The notes under the pieces are model-generated. The model saw only the letters and a program-made list of their open reading frames with translations, was not told where the DNA came from and did not search any database. A program made the translations under genes and the position numbers. A stretch of DNA of 63,886 bases, counting the filler, from Ionaspis alba (lineage: Eukaryota), in the NCBI GenBank assembly GCA_964255285.1. It is 3 parts of 3 records of this genome, joined end to end, with 100 filler letters (N's around TTAATTAATTAA, not from the genome) between each part and the next. Parts side by side here need not be neighbours in the genome. Positions count along the whole stretch, not along the records: positions 21,374 to 42,581 come from CAXUUL010000227.1; positions 42,682 to 63,886 come from CAXUUL010000228.1; 1 more part is not named here. One strand, 5' to 3'. How positions within the stretch are numbered: the first letter of the stretch is position 1; each line of letters opens with the position of its first letter. Shown one piece after another: positions 37,901-47,545 of this stretch.

Positions 37901-38893
37901 CAAAAGAACTGGCGTCTAGATCGTGAGAGGACCGGACCTCGTTCCATCACTGCCCAGGAGCGTGTGGCGGATAAGCTACAGACCGTCATAGCCAAGGAGT
38001 GTATTAAAGGAACACGTGAGTATCGTGAGAACGTTGAGGACAAGAAAGCGGTTGCAAGGATGAAAGCCAGCAATGCATCTCAAGCTGGATCTCTTCGGCG
38101 GGATAGTGCAGCTTCAGAAAGAGACCAATCCGTTGGCACTGACGACCTTTTGCTCGGTCCGCCCAATGAGGCAGTTGCTGATCACAGTCCAAGACAAAGT
38201 ACGCGTCGACACCATGAGGCGTCGATAGGTCACGTTGACTTCTCTAACACTGTGAACGAAGACTTGGCAGCGGTGCCAACGCCCCTACGACCAGTCACGC
38301 AAGTCGATCTAGCTAGTACAGAACTGATTGCCCAACAGCCGCTAGATGTACTTCTTGAATCGGCAGGCTACTCCGTTGCGGACGAAATTGCGGAGACATC
38401 CGACAACTTTTATGATCCTACCTTACCTCATCATCGTCCCTCGACTGCTCCCGAAGAAGCTGCTGCTGACGATACTAACCACCGACGAGTTCCTTCCAAT
38501 TCCACCGGAACGGACGAGGATTCTTTTGATCCTACTCTGCCTCAACATCGTCCTTCCACCGTTCCCAGACCTCCTTCTCCGCCCACTTCACGAACGGTCT
38601 CGAGGTCTACGACTAGGTCTCGTTTCCAGGACGCAACAACACCAGCTGTCAGGTTCGACCAGACATCCACGATTGATACAGCAGCCTCGGTCCTCGCCGA
38701 AGACCATGTGATGGACGAGAAACTACAAAACAAGCTCAAATATTTCGGGATGCTAGAAGTCATCGAACAAGAGGACAAGGATCGAGGCGGCCCTGGAAGA
38801 ATTAGCTTCCCGGAGTTTGAGGAGATCATGAAAGGACCTAAAGGGCAAAAGCTTGGTTTTGTGGGTGCTTGGATTGATATGGCGAGCTTCTAA
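34925..38893 (+). CDS. ZZ-type zinc finger and EF-hand domain protein
   Basis: N-terminal hydrophobic anchor; ZZ finger CNSC...YRCANCNDFDLCEQCE...HPKTH; EF hands DTNGDGLIGFEEF and DIDCDGFVSRQDF; C-terminal GRISFPEFEEIM. Start taken at the first ATG (ORF track begins at GTG). Confidence 0.88.
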   Translation: MSTSASSSSSTLVRYRPAILALTALAAGYTIYYIHDSFWSPSGSTGSALHRRNAVHRRHHQRRRRQSSPSEQAAVVSFDSTTALRRYRDHETQFGTFMATYNGRRIKIPLASDTLPSLDPLVSLYNIDAQDATAFRSEVERCLLIAVFATTLPVGAQLTDPGGTEAFAATFLEEGFTPRYVTEIVERFNASNLSTNYSQSGEVFEDVMIDLVGRPSTNEPDLDHGRDESEIPVQEASNLREAVVDGDTEHSWQGGDEEEETKKEGQSLLNLLYHIAEDQARRDGYVHRHVTCNSCNTMPIRGIRYRCANCNDFDLCEQCEAMQVHPKTHVFYKVRIPAPFLGNPRQSQPVWYPGKPSSLPQQLSRKETKHFCKASGYEAAEVDALWDQFRCLAATEYPKDPNQLGMAIDRLTFDKCFIPSTTLRQPPPNLIYDRMFAYYDTNGDGLIGFEEFVTGLASLRSKNQDEKLKRVFQGYDIDCDGFVSRQDFLRMFRAFYAFTKELTREMIAGMEEDMLEAGGQRDIITSSQPLSSAFTGVVLNELRSRAGSGKTQDTYGDLLISDSGDVLRENKSDEGDLYEAVGDVYERAVFGNVSSRLDNSDAPTMSASEYRGEPSSDDQAARNGDDEYLRANGTQQLEEDNASIEDTDRLPNGRHINGTLPRPIQDSWHDTESIIEGAESALRSSISVDDTTDSHDLAVVREAAATRQGKDEKERQDLRHKGINERWERRHFYLDEENGVSKPKQFEESQDTTLSTPSNSIPEMENSVDKRRKAIKCVLASSSLKSFKFGVDAELRNLHWHNDCKVDTHTLIDLLINMAEQSYEQEVIAKTLHQLGLEGSEASLFVDWLIDKIYRTAADVQKQPPAGSSSQAPRPSRRSRSSSKVRFQDDVTDREDDDTRSTSSIASRSRPVGERWGAYGVPEPEQKVGREILYQMTQEGLNELLDPIFVQREDLAMEVIHTASERSRLRSLLSSYVSGEMLQLVRYQVSKLQKNWRLDRERTGPRSITAQERVADKLQTVIAKECIKGTREYRENVEDKKAVARMKASNASQAGSLRRDSAASERDQSVGTDDLLLGPPNEAVADHSPRQSTRRHHEASIGHVDFSNTVNEDLAAVPTPLRPVTQVDLASTELIAQQPLDVLLESAGYSVADEIAETSDNFYDPTLPHHRPSTAPEEAAADDTNHRRVPSNSTGTDEDSFDPTLPQHRPSTVPRPPSPPTSRTVSRSTTRSRFQDATTPAVRFDQTSTIDTAASVLAEDHVMDEKLQNKLKYFGMLEVIEQEDKDRGGPGRISFPEFEEIMKGPKGQKLGFVGAWIDMASF

Positions 38894-39244
38894 GCCAGCT
38901 GAAATATTGAACTCGAGCTCCATATGCAGAGCCTTGTGCTAGGAAAGAAAAGGAACTTGAATAGCGAGCATTTGTCTGCTGTTGATTGATGGCGCCTTGA
39001 GCGAACGATACCAACGGGTTTTGTAAACTAGTCGTCATACTTGAAATAGATGTTGCATAGTCAATTCAATATGCTTCATAGTTTTTTCCGTACCTCTTTT
39101 CGAAGCCCATGTCTCATCTCTGAAACATAGCCCCTTGCGAAAAAGATCGCTAACAGAACATGGCATAGTATACATATACTGGTCGTGATAGAGCCTTCTT
39201 TCTGCCCGTGGGATCTCATAAATCCCCTCCTTCTCCATCCACCT

Positions 39245-40657
39245 CTAGTCCCAGTACTTGATCGCTCCATCCAAGCCGGCAGTAACAACCTTACTACTTT
39301 CCTGCGGATGCCACTGCGCACAAACGACGGGCCCATCCGCAGCGGTCATCTTATGCCACATCTTACAAGTTTTCCAATCCCAAAAGCACACATACCCACC
39401 GCTATCCCCGCTCATCACGAACTGACCATCGGGACTGATACTGACATCAATCGCATATCCAGCGTTATTATGGCCACGGAAACTCTTCTTGCGGTTCTGC
39501 CGGAAACGATCCGTCGATGCGTAGACCACGATTTGGTTATCACCGGACTGGAACGCCACGTATTTTCCTGACGGGTGCGGAGACGCCCGGACGAGTGCGT
39601 ACATGTAGGGTTCTGCAATGAATTTGATAGGGACCGGGATGTTGTACTCCCAGGCGCGGAGGGACTTGTCATCGGAGGTGGTGATGAAGCGGCGGTCATT
39701 GTCAACAAAGGTGATGGTGTTGACAGGGCCGAGGTGGTGATCGTATTCCTGTGTCAATTCGCCAGAACGGGTGTCGAATTGCACGATCTTCTTGTCAGAC
39801 ATACCTGCCAAGAACTCGTGGGCGGAGTCTGGCGAAGGGTTGAACCGGACAACGTGTGGTATTTTGCCGGTTGTGAAGCGCGAAATGCATTTGCCGTACT
39901 CGGTATCCCATAGCTTCATTTGCCGATCGTAGGAAGCGGAGATGAATTGCGAGCCACTGGCGTTGAAGGTGGCGTCGGTAACAGATTTGGTGTGGCCGGA
40001 GTAGGTGCGTAGGAGCTCACGGTTGTGGTAGACATCCCAGAGTTTGACCTTGGAGTCAGCAGAGGAGGAGAGGAGGAGGTGCGCGGAGGAGGGAAAGAAG
40101 CGGAGGGACGTGATGGCTTTGGTGTGGGATTTCCACGTATGAATATGTTTCTTCGGCACATAATTCTTCTGTGTGCCAGGCTCTTTGCGTAGGTCGATAT
40201 CCAGATCTTGCGGGACGTGCATGTAGGTACGGCCCTGGTAGTCAAATTCGGAGGACCCGTGGAACTCTGTGCTTTCGGTATTGGTGGCATCGTCTTGATA
40301 GGAGGTGGATGCTGCGGTCATGGCGCCCAGGTTGGCGGGTACGACGGCGGTTTCCTCTTCAATGTATTCTTCATCGCTTCCCAACTCTTCCTCCACCTCC
40401 TCTACTTCCTCCTCGTATTTTGCCCATGGACCTTTGTAGGCGCCTTCCCCATCCACTATGCTTGGATCTCCACGCTTTTGTCGTTTAGGCTTGGGAGGCA
40501 GGTCCGAAAGATTTCGCCCATCGTTGTCCCATCGTTGATGCTGTGTCTTGAAGGTTGAGTGACTGAGTGCAACTTCCTCTGCATATCCTGTTGGTAGATT
40601 GCGCTTCTTGGCCGATGCATCTGCATCATCCTTCTTAGAGATGACTGCGACTTCCAT
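39245..40657 (-). CDS. PRP17: Pre-mRNA processing factor 17 (Cdc40/Prp17), WD40
   Basis: YKGPWA, DYQGRTYMH, HTKAITSLRFFP, QEYDHHLGPVN, WEYNIPVPIK, HNNAGY, ends IKYWD. Confidence 0.95.
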   Translation of the reverse strand: MEVAVISKKDDADASAKKRNLPTGYAEEVALSHSTFKTQHQRWDNDGRNLSDLPPKPKRQKRGDPSIVDGEGAYKGPWAKYEEEVEEVEEELGSDEEYIEEETAVVPANLGAMTAASTSYQDDATNTESTEFHGSSEFDYQGRTYMHVPQDLDIDLRKEPGTQKNYVPKKHIHTWKSHTKAITSLRFFPSSAHLLLSSSADSKVKLWDVYHNRELLRTYSGHTKSVTDATFNASGSQFISASYDRQMKLWDTEYGKCISRFTTGKIPHVVRFNPSPDSAHEFLAGMSDKKIVQFDTRSGELTQEYDHHLGPVNTITFVDNDRRFITTSDDKSLRAWEYNIPVPIKFIAEPYMYALVRASPHPSGKYVAFQSGDNQIVVYASTDRFRQNRKKSFRGHNNAGYAIDVSISPDGQFVMSGDSGGYVCFWDWKTCKMWHKMTAADGPVVCAQWHPQESSKVVTAGLDGAIKYWD

Positions 40658-41082
40658 GGTAGATTTTAAAGCGTATAGAGCGCCTGTCTTGGACAGACCC
40701 GTTATTTGAATGTTTGGAGCATTGGTCTGTTGCGTCCTGGCAGAAATCTACTACTCGATTATTTCAATATTGGTATCAGAAAGCTCTAACGCTCACGCGC
40801 GCTAAACAGGCGCGGTGTGTCACAAGGGCGAGTATTTTGGCGGTGCTCTGGTGATTGACCATTACGCTACTTGTTATCAAATGCTTCCTGCATATTGGAT
40901 GTCTAAATGTCCGTACGGTCTTCATCGTTGGCGACACAGTCTCAACTGTCTAGGACCAAATTATCACCGGATAGGTCCATGGAACTTCCCGAGATTTCCA
41001 TCACTTCTGCCTATCCCACTCAACTAGTATCTTATTGAATACTCCCACCATGTTTCATACTCCTACTCGCCTCCGCTCGTAG

Positions 41083-41767
41083 TCAATGCGACTCATCCCG
41101 TATCAGTGCAACAATCATGCTGTATAGGTAGAAGAAGAACATCACGAGGTGGAAGCCCAGCTTGATGAACGACTCCTACGACGCCGGGGTCAGCCAAAGA
41201 CCGCAGCAAACTCTCTCGAATCAGCGAAAAAGCGTCGATTTCTCGCCTACCTTCTTGTGGACATTCAATTTTCGAAAGATTTCTGTGGCATCTAGTAGAT
41301 GCTGATTATCAAAAATCCTGTACTCCAATCAGCATTGTATAGACCTAATATAGTAAGGTCGGTAGAGGTCTGTACTTTTTGGCATTGAAGCCTAGCATGG
41401 GTAGGTTGAGTAACAGGGCAATCCAGTACCCGTTGATGAGAAAGAGGAAGGTGAGGAAGGCGTGTACGGCGGCTTCAGGTATGATATAGGTATTGAGTCT
41501 GTTACAGAGATCGATAGGATTAATGTAGTCACTGTAGGCATCATCACATTAGCATTTATTGGGCAATGAACTTGCAATATGCGTATTTGCCGTAAGTAGA
41601 CGCGTGCATGAACGCTTCTACGTTCCCTAGTCGACTCCTCATCCAGGGACTGGAGCTGCTTACCATTCTAAATCACTATACATTATGGTGAAGAAAACCT
41701 GCAGGAACAGGTTCACTGCGTTTATCAATACCGACAGCAAATATAGCCATGCTTCGCCGGACATCAT
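41083..41767 (-). CDS. ERV14: ER-derived vesicle cargo receptor Erv14 (cornichon), 4 exons
   Basis: Exons 41767-41664, 41531-41376, 41317-41251, 41175-41083 splice to [60 protein letters not shown]...[46 protein letters not shown]. Confidence 0.96.
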
Positions 41768-42543
41768 CTTGAAGGCTGTTGTTCGTCTCTGCGCAGCTTG
41801 AGTTGACTTGCGTGCGATTCAGATTGTTGCGAAAGACAGGTACGAATCGATATAGGTGCCTCGAGTCGCGTTTCGTTGCTGAGGCAGAAGCTATCGAGGG
41901 CGATGTTATACGGGTCCCGCAGTAGAAAACAGGTACTAGCCGATATGATCCAGCGCTATTGTACCAAGATCTCATTCAAAAACGCCAAGACGTAGACCTG
42001 TAAGTTAAAGAAGGGAGGAGCGATTGATCGTGGAGTCGTGAATATTGTTGGCTCGCGTGGATGCCCGAGAACAAAACTTGATGCGGCCGAAGTCCTGGAT
42101 TTTAGCGCCATCGTCACATGCTGATAAGCATCCCGACCACTCCCAAGAACCTGGCATGTAATCAAGTCACTTCTGCAACATCATCAACTATCAGATTTAG
42201 GTTAAATAACTTTGCTATATTTGTAAGGGAATAGTGGGTGAGGCTAGACCAATCAGCTAAAGTACATAAAAGTAAGTGGTAAAGATCTCTGCATTTCATT
42301 GCTGAGACCCTACTATAGGGGTATATAAAGGGATGTCCCCGGGGTACCCCCTCGGAGGAGGCAGCTATTGTATAGTTCCTCGCAATTTAATAATTTCTAT
42401 TTTTACTGTTCTGGACTTTTTATTTTACAAAAATTCAAAAAATTCAACATTCAATATAGCCAATATTACCTTAATATGATGCAGAAAACCCCCCCCTTTT
42501 CGATAGCAAAAAAAGATACAACCAAAACGATAAAATGATAATA

Positions 42544-42581
<38 letters not shown>
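42544..42581 (+). repeat. (TAC)n microsatellite at contig end
   Basis: At least 12 perfect TAC units running into the linker. Confidence 0.95.
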
Positions 42582-42681
42582 NNNNNNNNNNNNNNNNNNN
42601 NNNNNNNNNNNNNNNNNNNNNNNNNTTAATTAATTAANNNNNNNNNNNNNNNNNNNNNNNNNNNNNNNNNNNNNNNNNNNN
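42582..42681. other. Artificial contig linker (N44-TTAATTAATTAA-N44)
   Basis: TTAATTAATTAA at 42626-42637 flanked by 44 N on each side. Confidence 0.95.
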
Positions 42682-43035
42682 GATATACATACTCGTTTCC
42701 CGCAGGCCATCGATTTGCAGCTCCTCGCGCTCGGTTGGGGTAGCAAGGTCCCAGTTGTCAAACCATTGCGAGATCGGTGCCCGCTTGTAGAGCGTTGCGC
42801 GTCGGATGGAGGCTGTGGGGAAGAGGAAGGTCGCGTGGGGGAGGGCGTGTTGTAGGGTTTGGAAGTTGGGGATGGGATGGGAGAGAAGGGAAGGGCCGAA
42901 TTTGATGGCGGTGGAGCCGCGACCGTGGAGAAGGATCAGGGTTTGGCGATGGGGTTGCTGGAGAGGAGGAATGATGAGTGGATCGGGGTAGATGGATGAT
43001 TTGCGCGGGGGCAGCGGTTTGGGAGTGGTGGTCAT
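42682..43035 (-). CDS. Phospholipase/carboxylesterase (acyl-protein thioesterase-like), 3' truncated
   Basis: QTLILLHGRGS, FLFPTA, QWFD, QIDGLRET match the N-half of the Abhydrolase_2/APT1 family; the GxSxG motif is beyond the contig end. Confidence 0.8.
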
Positions 43036-43431
43036 GATGGCCAGTCGGAGGACGGGGAGTGGTGATTGGATGAAACGGCCGGTGCAAGAGAGTTTGTTTT
43101 GGTATCTCTGCCCGTCACTAGGTCTGACTCTAAAAGGGAATTCATATTCGCAACGACTATTTATTCAGTTAGTGATACTCTGGTCATGTCGAGGCGCTGA
43201 CCATGAAACTAGCGGCGCTAAAGGTTGATGGAAGAGAGCGGTTAGTGTTTACCTCAAACGGCTGTGTTTCGGTACCCACGCGCCTGTAGGAAGCATTGCT
43301 ATTCCGATACAATGTAATAATCAGCCGCATGGTGCTGGGGGTCATGTATATATACTGGGTGAGAAGGTATACGGAAATGGCAACCCAAGATCTAGACTGT
43401 ACAAAGATCACTTGTTTTTATATCATATATT

Positions 43432-44064
43432 ATGTCTTTCGATCCCAGTCTCCCTGTCGACGTCTACGCCTGCTTTGGACACGAGCGAGGCACCAAATAC
43501 CCCCACTGGATGTTGATGTTACGTTCTCGAAACTCGCAGTTCGGAACATGGTATCATTCCGAAGGTGGACCAACTAGAAACACCCCATACAAAGTAGCCA
43601 TCGCAGGCCACAAGCGCTTCGACAGCCACGGCATCCATTCCAAACAGTTTCTCGGCACCATCGCACCGACCGACACGAACAAGGTCAAATCCGCTGCCCA
43701 ACGAGTCCCCGCACAGCAATGCCAGATGTATGTCGTGGCTCTTGTCGCCGAACTGGAGAGGAGGAGGTTGTTGGAAAGCGGACAGGCGGCACGGCTATAT
43801 CAGGGTGTGCAAATGTCGAATCGTGCCAGGGAATATGAGCGCCAACACCCGATCACACAGCTGGCCAGCTGGGCAGAGGTTGGCATTACTCAACCCGTCG
43901 AATTGCAGACAGTGCAGCCTCAAAGGCAGCATAGGGGCCATGCTACACCGCACCATCCAAGCCATGCACCAGTTCAATATCAGAGTCCACCACAAATGCA
44001 ATACCAGAGGCAATCGGCGGAACAGCGACCAAAAAAGGAGAGTGGTTGCTGCATTGTGATGTAA
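43432..44064 (+). CDS. DUF6540-like permuted papain-fold protein with C-terminal CaaX (CCIVM)
   Basis: Intronless 210 aa; PHW(hydrophobic), GTWYHSEGG, FLGTI, QQCQMYVVALVAELE; Q/H/P-rich linker; ends KKESGCCIVM*. TA-rich TATA-like stretches upstream. Confidence 0.72.
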   Translation: MSFDPSLPVDVYACFGHERGTKYPHWMLMLRSRNSQFGTWYHSEGGPTRNTPYKVAIAGHKRFDSHGIHSKQFLGTIAPTDTNKVKSAAQRVPAQQCQMYVVALVAELERRRLLESGQAARLYQGVQMSNRAREYERQHPITQLASWAEVGITQPVELQTVQPQRQHRGHATPHHPSHAPVQYQSPPQMQYQRQSAEQRPKKESGCCIVM

Positions 44065-44177
44065 ACAGAAAAACAGCTGGAGGCTCAGGGGAAGAGTGCG
44101 GGGCATCGATAATGGTGGACACTTGAGTACAATCCACATCAAACCAATCTTTACTCTGAATATCAATCGTATCGGCT

Positions 44178-45023
44178 TTACCAAATGATATCGCGAGCAT
44201 GAAGCAAGAAAGCCAGTTCCAAAATATAAGGCTGTAGAATCTTATCAAGAACACCATCGACTATCCAGCCTGACTGCCAGTCAGGCCAGAAAAGCGCTTT
44301 GACATATTCCCAATACTCAGGGTAGAAGCCAGACAATTCCCAGTCCACAATACCAACCACCTTAGCATCTTTGACAAGTATATTTCGAGGAGCCAAATCA
44401 TTATGAGTGAGCACGATCTTGTGCGGTGGTAAAGCCTCGATAAATCGAACGACCATATTTGTCCAGGTGTTTTCCCCTCGATCTTGGAGAGCATGCACTA
44501 AACCTTTGTTGAAAGCTGTCTCTGACTTGTATGGTCCATAGCCTCCAGGAATGTTACTAAAGAACTGGTCCTCACAATGAGAACCATCCACGGAGCCTAT
44601 GGAGTCTCCTGTAATGCTGCGTAGCTCTTCCATATACTGCTTCAATTCTTTGACAACGTTTTCCTTCTGTGCCTCAGTGTAAGATCCCCATGCCTGGTCC
44701 AAGGGTTTCCCATCAACGTACTGCATAGCAATGTAGCCATATCCGGTACCCTCCTCGATGTGGGCGTCAAATACCTCTGGGACAGGTATGGAAGTCTTCG
44801 CTCGGACGAACCGCATCGCAGCGGCTTCGGCCATGCGAACAGCGTCACCAGTTTTCACGACTGTGTTGGAGTTTAATTTATAGACATTCTCGGAAACTTC
44901 CGAATCAAGCAACATTGAAGGTTCAAGAGACTTGATTCCATTATTGGGCTGTTCCATTGAAGGTGCGTCCAGCTGTGGTTTCTTTCTCCTCCATGTAAGG
45001 AGATCAGAAAAGCTCTTGCTCAT
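44178..45023 (-). CDS. Aminoglycoside phosphotransferase (APH)-like kinase, intronless
   Basis: VVK, EAAAMRFV..TSIPVPEV, YIAMQYVDG, Brenner motif HNDLAPRNILV, IVDWE, FYPEYWEYVK. Confidence 0.9.
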   Translation of the reverse strand: MSKSFSDLLTWRRKKPQLDAPSMEQPNNGIKSLEPSMLLDSEVSENVYKLNSNTVVKTGDAVRMAEAAAMRFVRAKTSIPVPEVFDAHIEEGTGYGYIAMQYVDGKPLDQAWGSYTEAQKENVVKELKQYMEELRSITGDSIGSVDGSHCEDQFFSNIPGGYGPYKSETAFNKGLVHALQDRGENTWTNMVVRFIEALPPHKIVLTHNDLAPRNILVKDAKVVGIVDWELSGFYPEYWEYVKALFWPDWQSGWIVDGVLDKILQPYILELAFLLHARDIIW

Positions 45024-45584
45024 CTTGTCGACTGCTCAAGCAAATAACGGAGGCCCAAATCCAGGGAATAGGTCTGGTCTGGAACCTCCACTAAGGAAAA
45101 TGTCATCACACAGCTTTGGCATTATCAAACAGCTCCAGCAGTGTGACCCTATCGCCAACCATATTCAATTGTTCTGTGATAAGACTGTTCCTGTTTGTTG
45201 TAACATGTCTGTTGCACTCTTTGTTAGAGATGATCTTCTAGCTGTGGAGCCAAGACAGGCACGATCGGCCACCAAGCGCTGTGTCATCATCGGGGCGGTT
45301 GTTGGCCGAAATGGCCGAGGCCGAGTTGATCGCTATAATTGGCTGTGTCGCCCCTTAGCACAATTACGACCGTTGCTGCCTGAGACAACGGCAACTCGAA
45401 GGATTCGGGGCGAGCTCAGCCCTCAAAACCACTTCTCCCTCTTTGTCCCTTCATTCTCTCTCCTTCTTTTATCGACCTCATCATTACGGTTGCTTCTTTC
45501 ATCTCCGTTCCCTTACTACCAGTTCAGTTCTATTTTATTGTTCGTCTTTCGTGTGCTGATTATCGTGATCGACTTGCCACCATC

Positions 45585-46971
45585 ATGACGAGCGCTCTCC
45601 ACCACATCGCCCGCCGAGGCATCCAGATGGCTCACGAGCAAGTCCGCACTGGTTCTCTCGATGGTAATGGCAAGCTTCATATCCCCACATGGGGTATCCA
45701 TCTCCTAGGCGCAACAACGGCCATCTACTTCATCTTCGTCATCTGCGTAAGTCGCAATATCCCCTCCATATCCACAACCCCAACCTAACCGCCTGCTCAA
45801 AAAAATAGACCAGCTACACCTACAACCAAGTAGTAGCAACCCTCACCATGATCGAAACCCCCACCGCAACAGCCATCATCCAAACTTCTCCCACCGAAGG
45901 CACCAAAGAAGACCCCGACGCGCCCCTCCTCACCCCGGAAGAAAAAGCCGCCTCAGGCCTCATCTCCCAAGAACTCCTCCTCGTCAAGCAAAAACCCATA
46001 ACAGCTAAACTCCGCACCACCATCGCGCATCTCCGCGCCCGCGCCGGCTGGTTCTCCCGCTTCCGTGGCGCCCACATCCTAGCCCTCTACATCTTNNNNN
46101 NNNNNNNNNNNNNNNNNNNNNNNNNNNNNNNNNNNNNNNNNNNNNNNNNNNNNNNNNNNNNNNNNNNNNNNNNNNNNNNNNNNNNNNNNNNNNNNGCGCC
46201 GGCTGGTTCTCCCGCTTCCGTGGCGCCCACATCCTAGCCCTCTACATCTTCACGATGCAAACCCTCCTCTCCTTCTCCACCATGTTTGTCCGCCGCAATA
46301 CCATCAGCACAGTTCTCATCACCACCGGTCTGGCTGTTGTTCTTGCCCGTCTCAATACCGCTTGGGTGCATGTCATCATTAGCGAGCCGAGCGCAAAGAA
46401 ATTGGCTGAGCGCATCCCGCCACGGTCGGCGTTCAGGAAGTTGGCCGCCCCGTCGGCGTTTCATGCCGTTATCTCGCAATTGACGGTTTTCGTGCCAGCG
46501 CATATGTATTACGGACTTGGCTTGGAGGGGTACGTGCATAATCCGGCCGTGTTCAAGAAAATGAGCAGCATGCAGTTTGCCTCGGTTTGCTTGGCTACTC
46601 TACTTCTTGTCTCCGTCACGCTCTTCCTGTTCCTCGGTCTTCTGTTCCCGGCCCATGTCGCCTATAAGCGTGTTCAAGCTTCGCTTCTGCCTGAGGAGGA
46701 TGAGGCTATCGTTCCGTTTGACAGGACCTTCGGTGGAAAGGTCGTTCCGGAGATTGTTGGTGGGTCTGGCATGCTTGGCATGCGGGATGCGTGGAAGACC
46801 TTTGACTGGAATGCGACGATCAGACTGGTCAAGGTCTACGTCAAAACGTTCTTCATCCAGGTGGCCTTATTTGTTCTGTTTTTGGTCGCTGTCGCAGTGG
46901 AGTTGAGATTGATGCTCGGGTCGCAGGTGGATAACATCCTCCGGGATGGGTTGAAGAACGGGAGCTTCTGA
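45585..46971 (+). CDS. Conserved fungal multi-pass membrane protein of unknown function (2 exons)
   Basis: Intron ~45747-45807; motifs YTYNQVVATLTMIE, KPITAKLRTTIAHL...GWFSRFRG, WVHVIISEPS, RVQASLLPEEDEAIVPFDRTFGGKV; the N gap closes in frame. Confidence 0.8.
46096..46195. other. 100-N gap with 55-nt duplicated flanks
   Basis: 46041-46095 is identical to 46196-46250. Confidence 0.95.
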
Positions 46972-47545
46972 GCACGTAGACGTCTTATCGATTTGCGTCG
47001 CTGCGGTTGGTAGGATTGCTAAAATTAGAGGAGATGGTGTCTGGTGTGTTGGAGATTGGATATAGAATGGGTGGTTGTGCTCAAGGAGGTTCAGTGATGT
47101 TTGGCAGGAGCTTGGAAGCTGAAGCAGTGGAGCGCTTGTTCTTTGCTGCCTTCGGTGTTTGGGATCAACTTGTTTGGTACTCGACCAACTTTCTCTTAGC
47201 ATGTTTCATCTTGTAGTGATATATCTGCCACCTTTCAATAGACTCGTCTCGCACTATCCCGTTGTATTATGAAGGATATCGAGTATTCTGTTTAAATAAT
47301 CGAGACATTTCACACTCTCGTCATCGAAATTCATTGCCAAAATGTATATGCGCAGTCCGTGGCATGTTAGATATAGATGCAATGTAAAATCGAAGCACTA
47401 TCATGCAAGCCCCCTTTGTATGTGAGTGTTCCCGTCAATCCCGTTCTCCATTCACGCTCACAAGAGCCCAAATCTTCCCCTCATACACCAATATCTCCGT
47501 CATCCAAGTCTGCCCTCAGCCCAAGACTTCACGTTCCTAGCCGCT

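Noticed and set aside
44035..44064. CaaX tail as a lipopeptide pheromone precursor
   Set aside because: It terminates a 210-aa protein with an enzyme-like domain and has a CC/basic Ras-like context, not a short or repeated pheromone precursor.
44932..45588. 218-aa plus-strand ORF between the APH-like and membrane-protein genes
   Set aside because: Non-ATG start, no motifs, and it runs through a pyrimidine-rich promoter/5'-UTR region.
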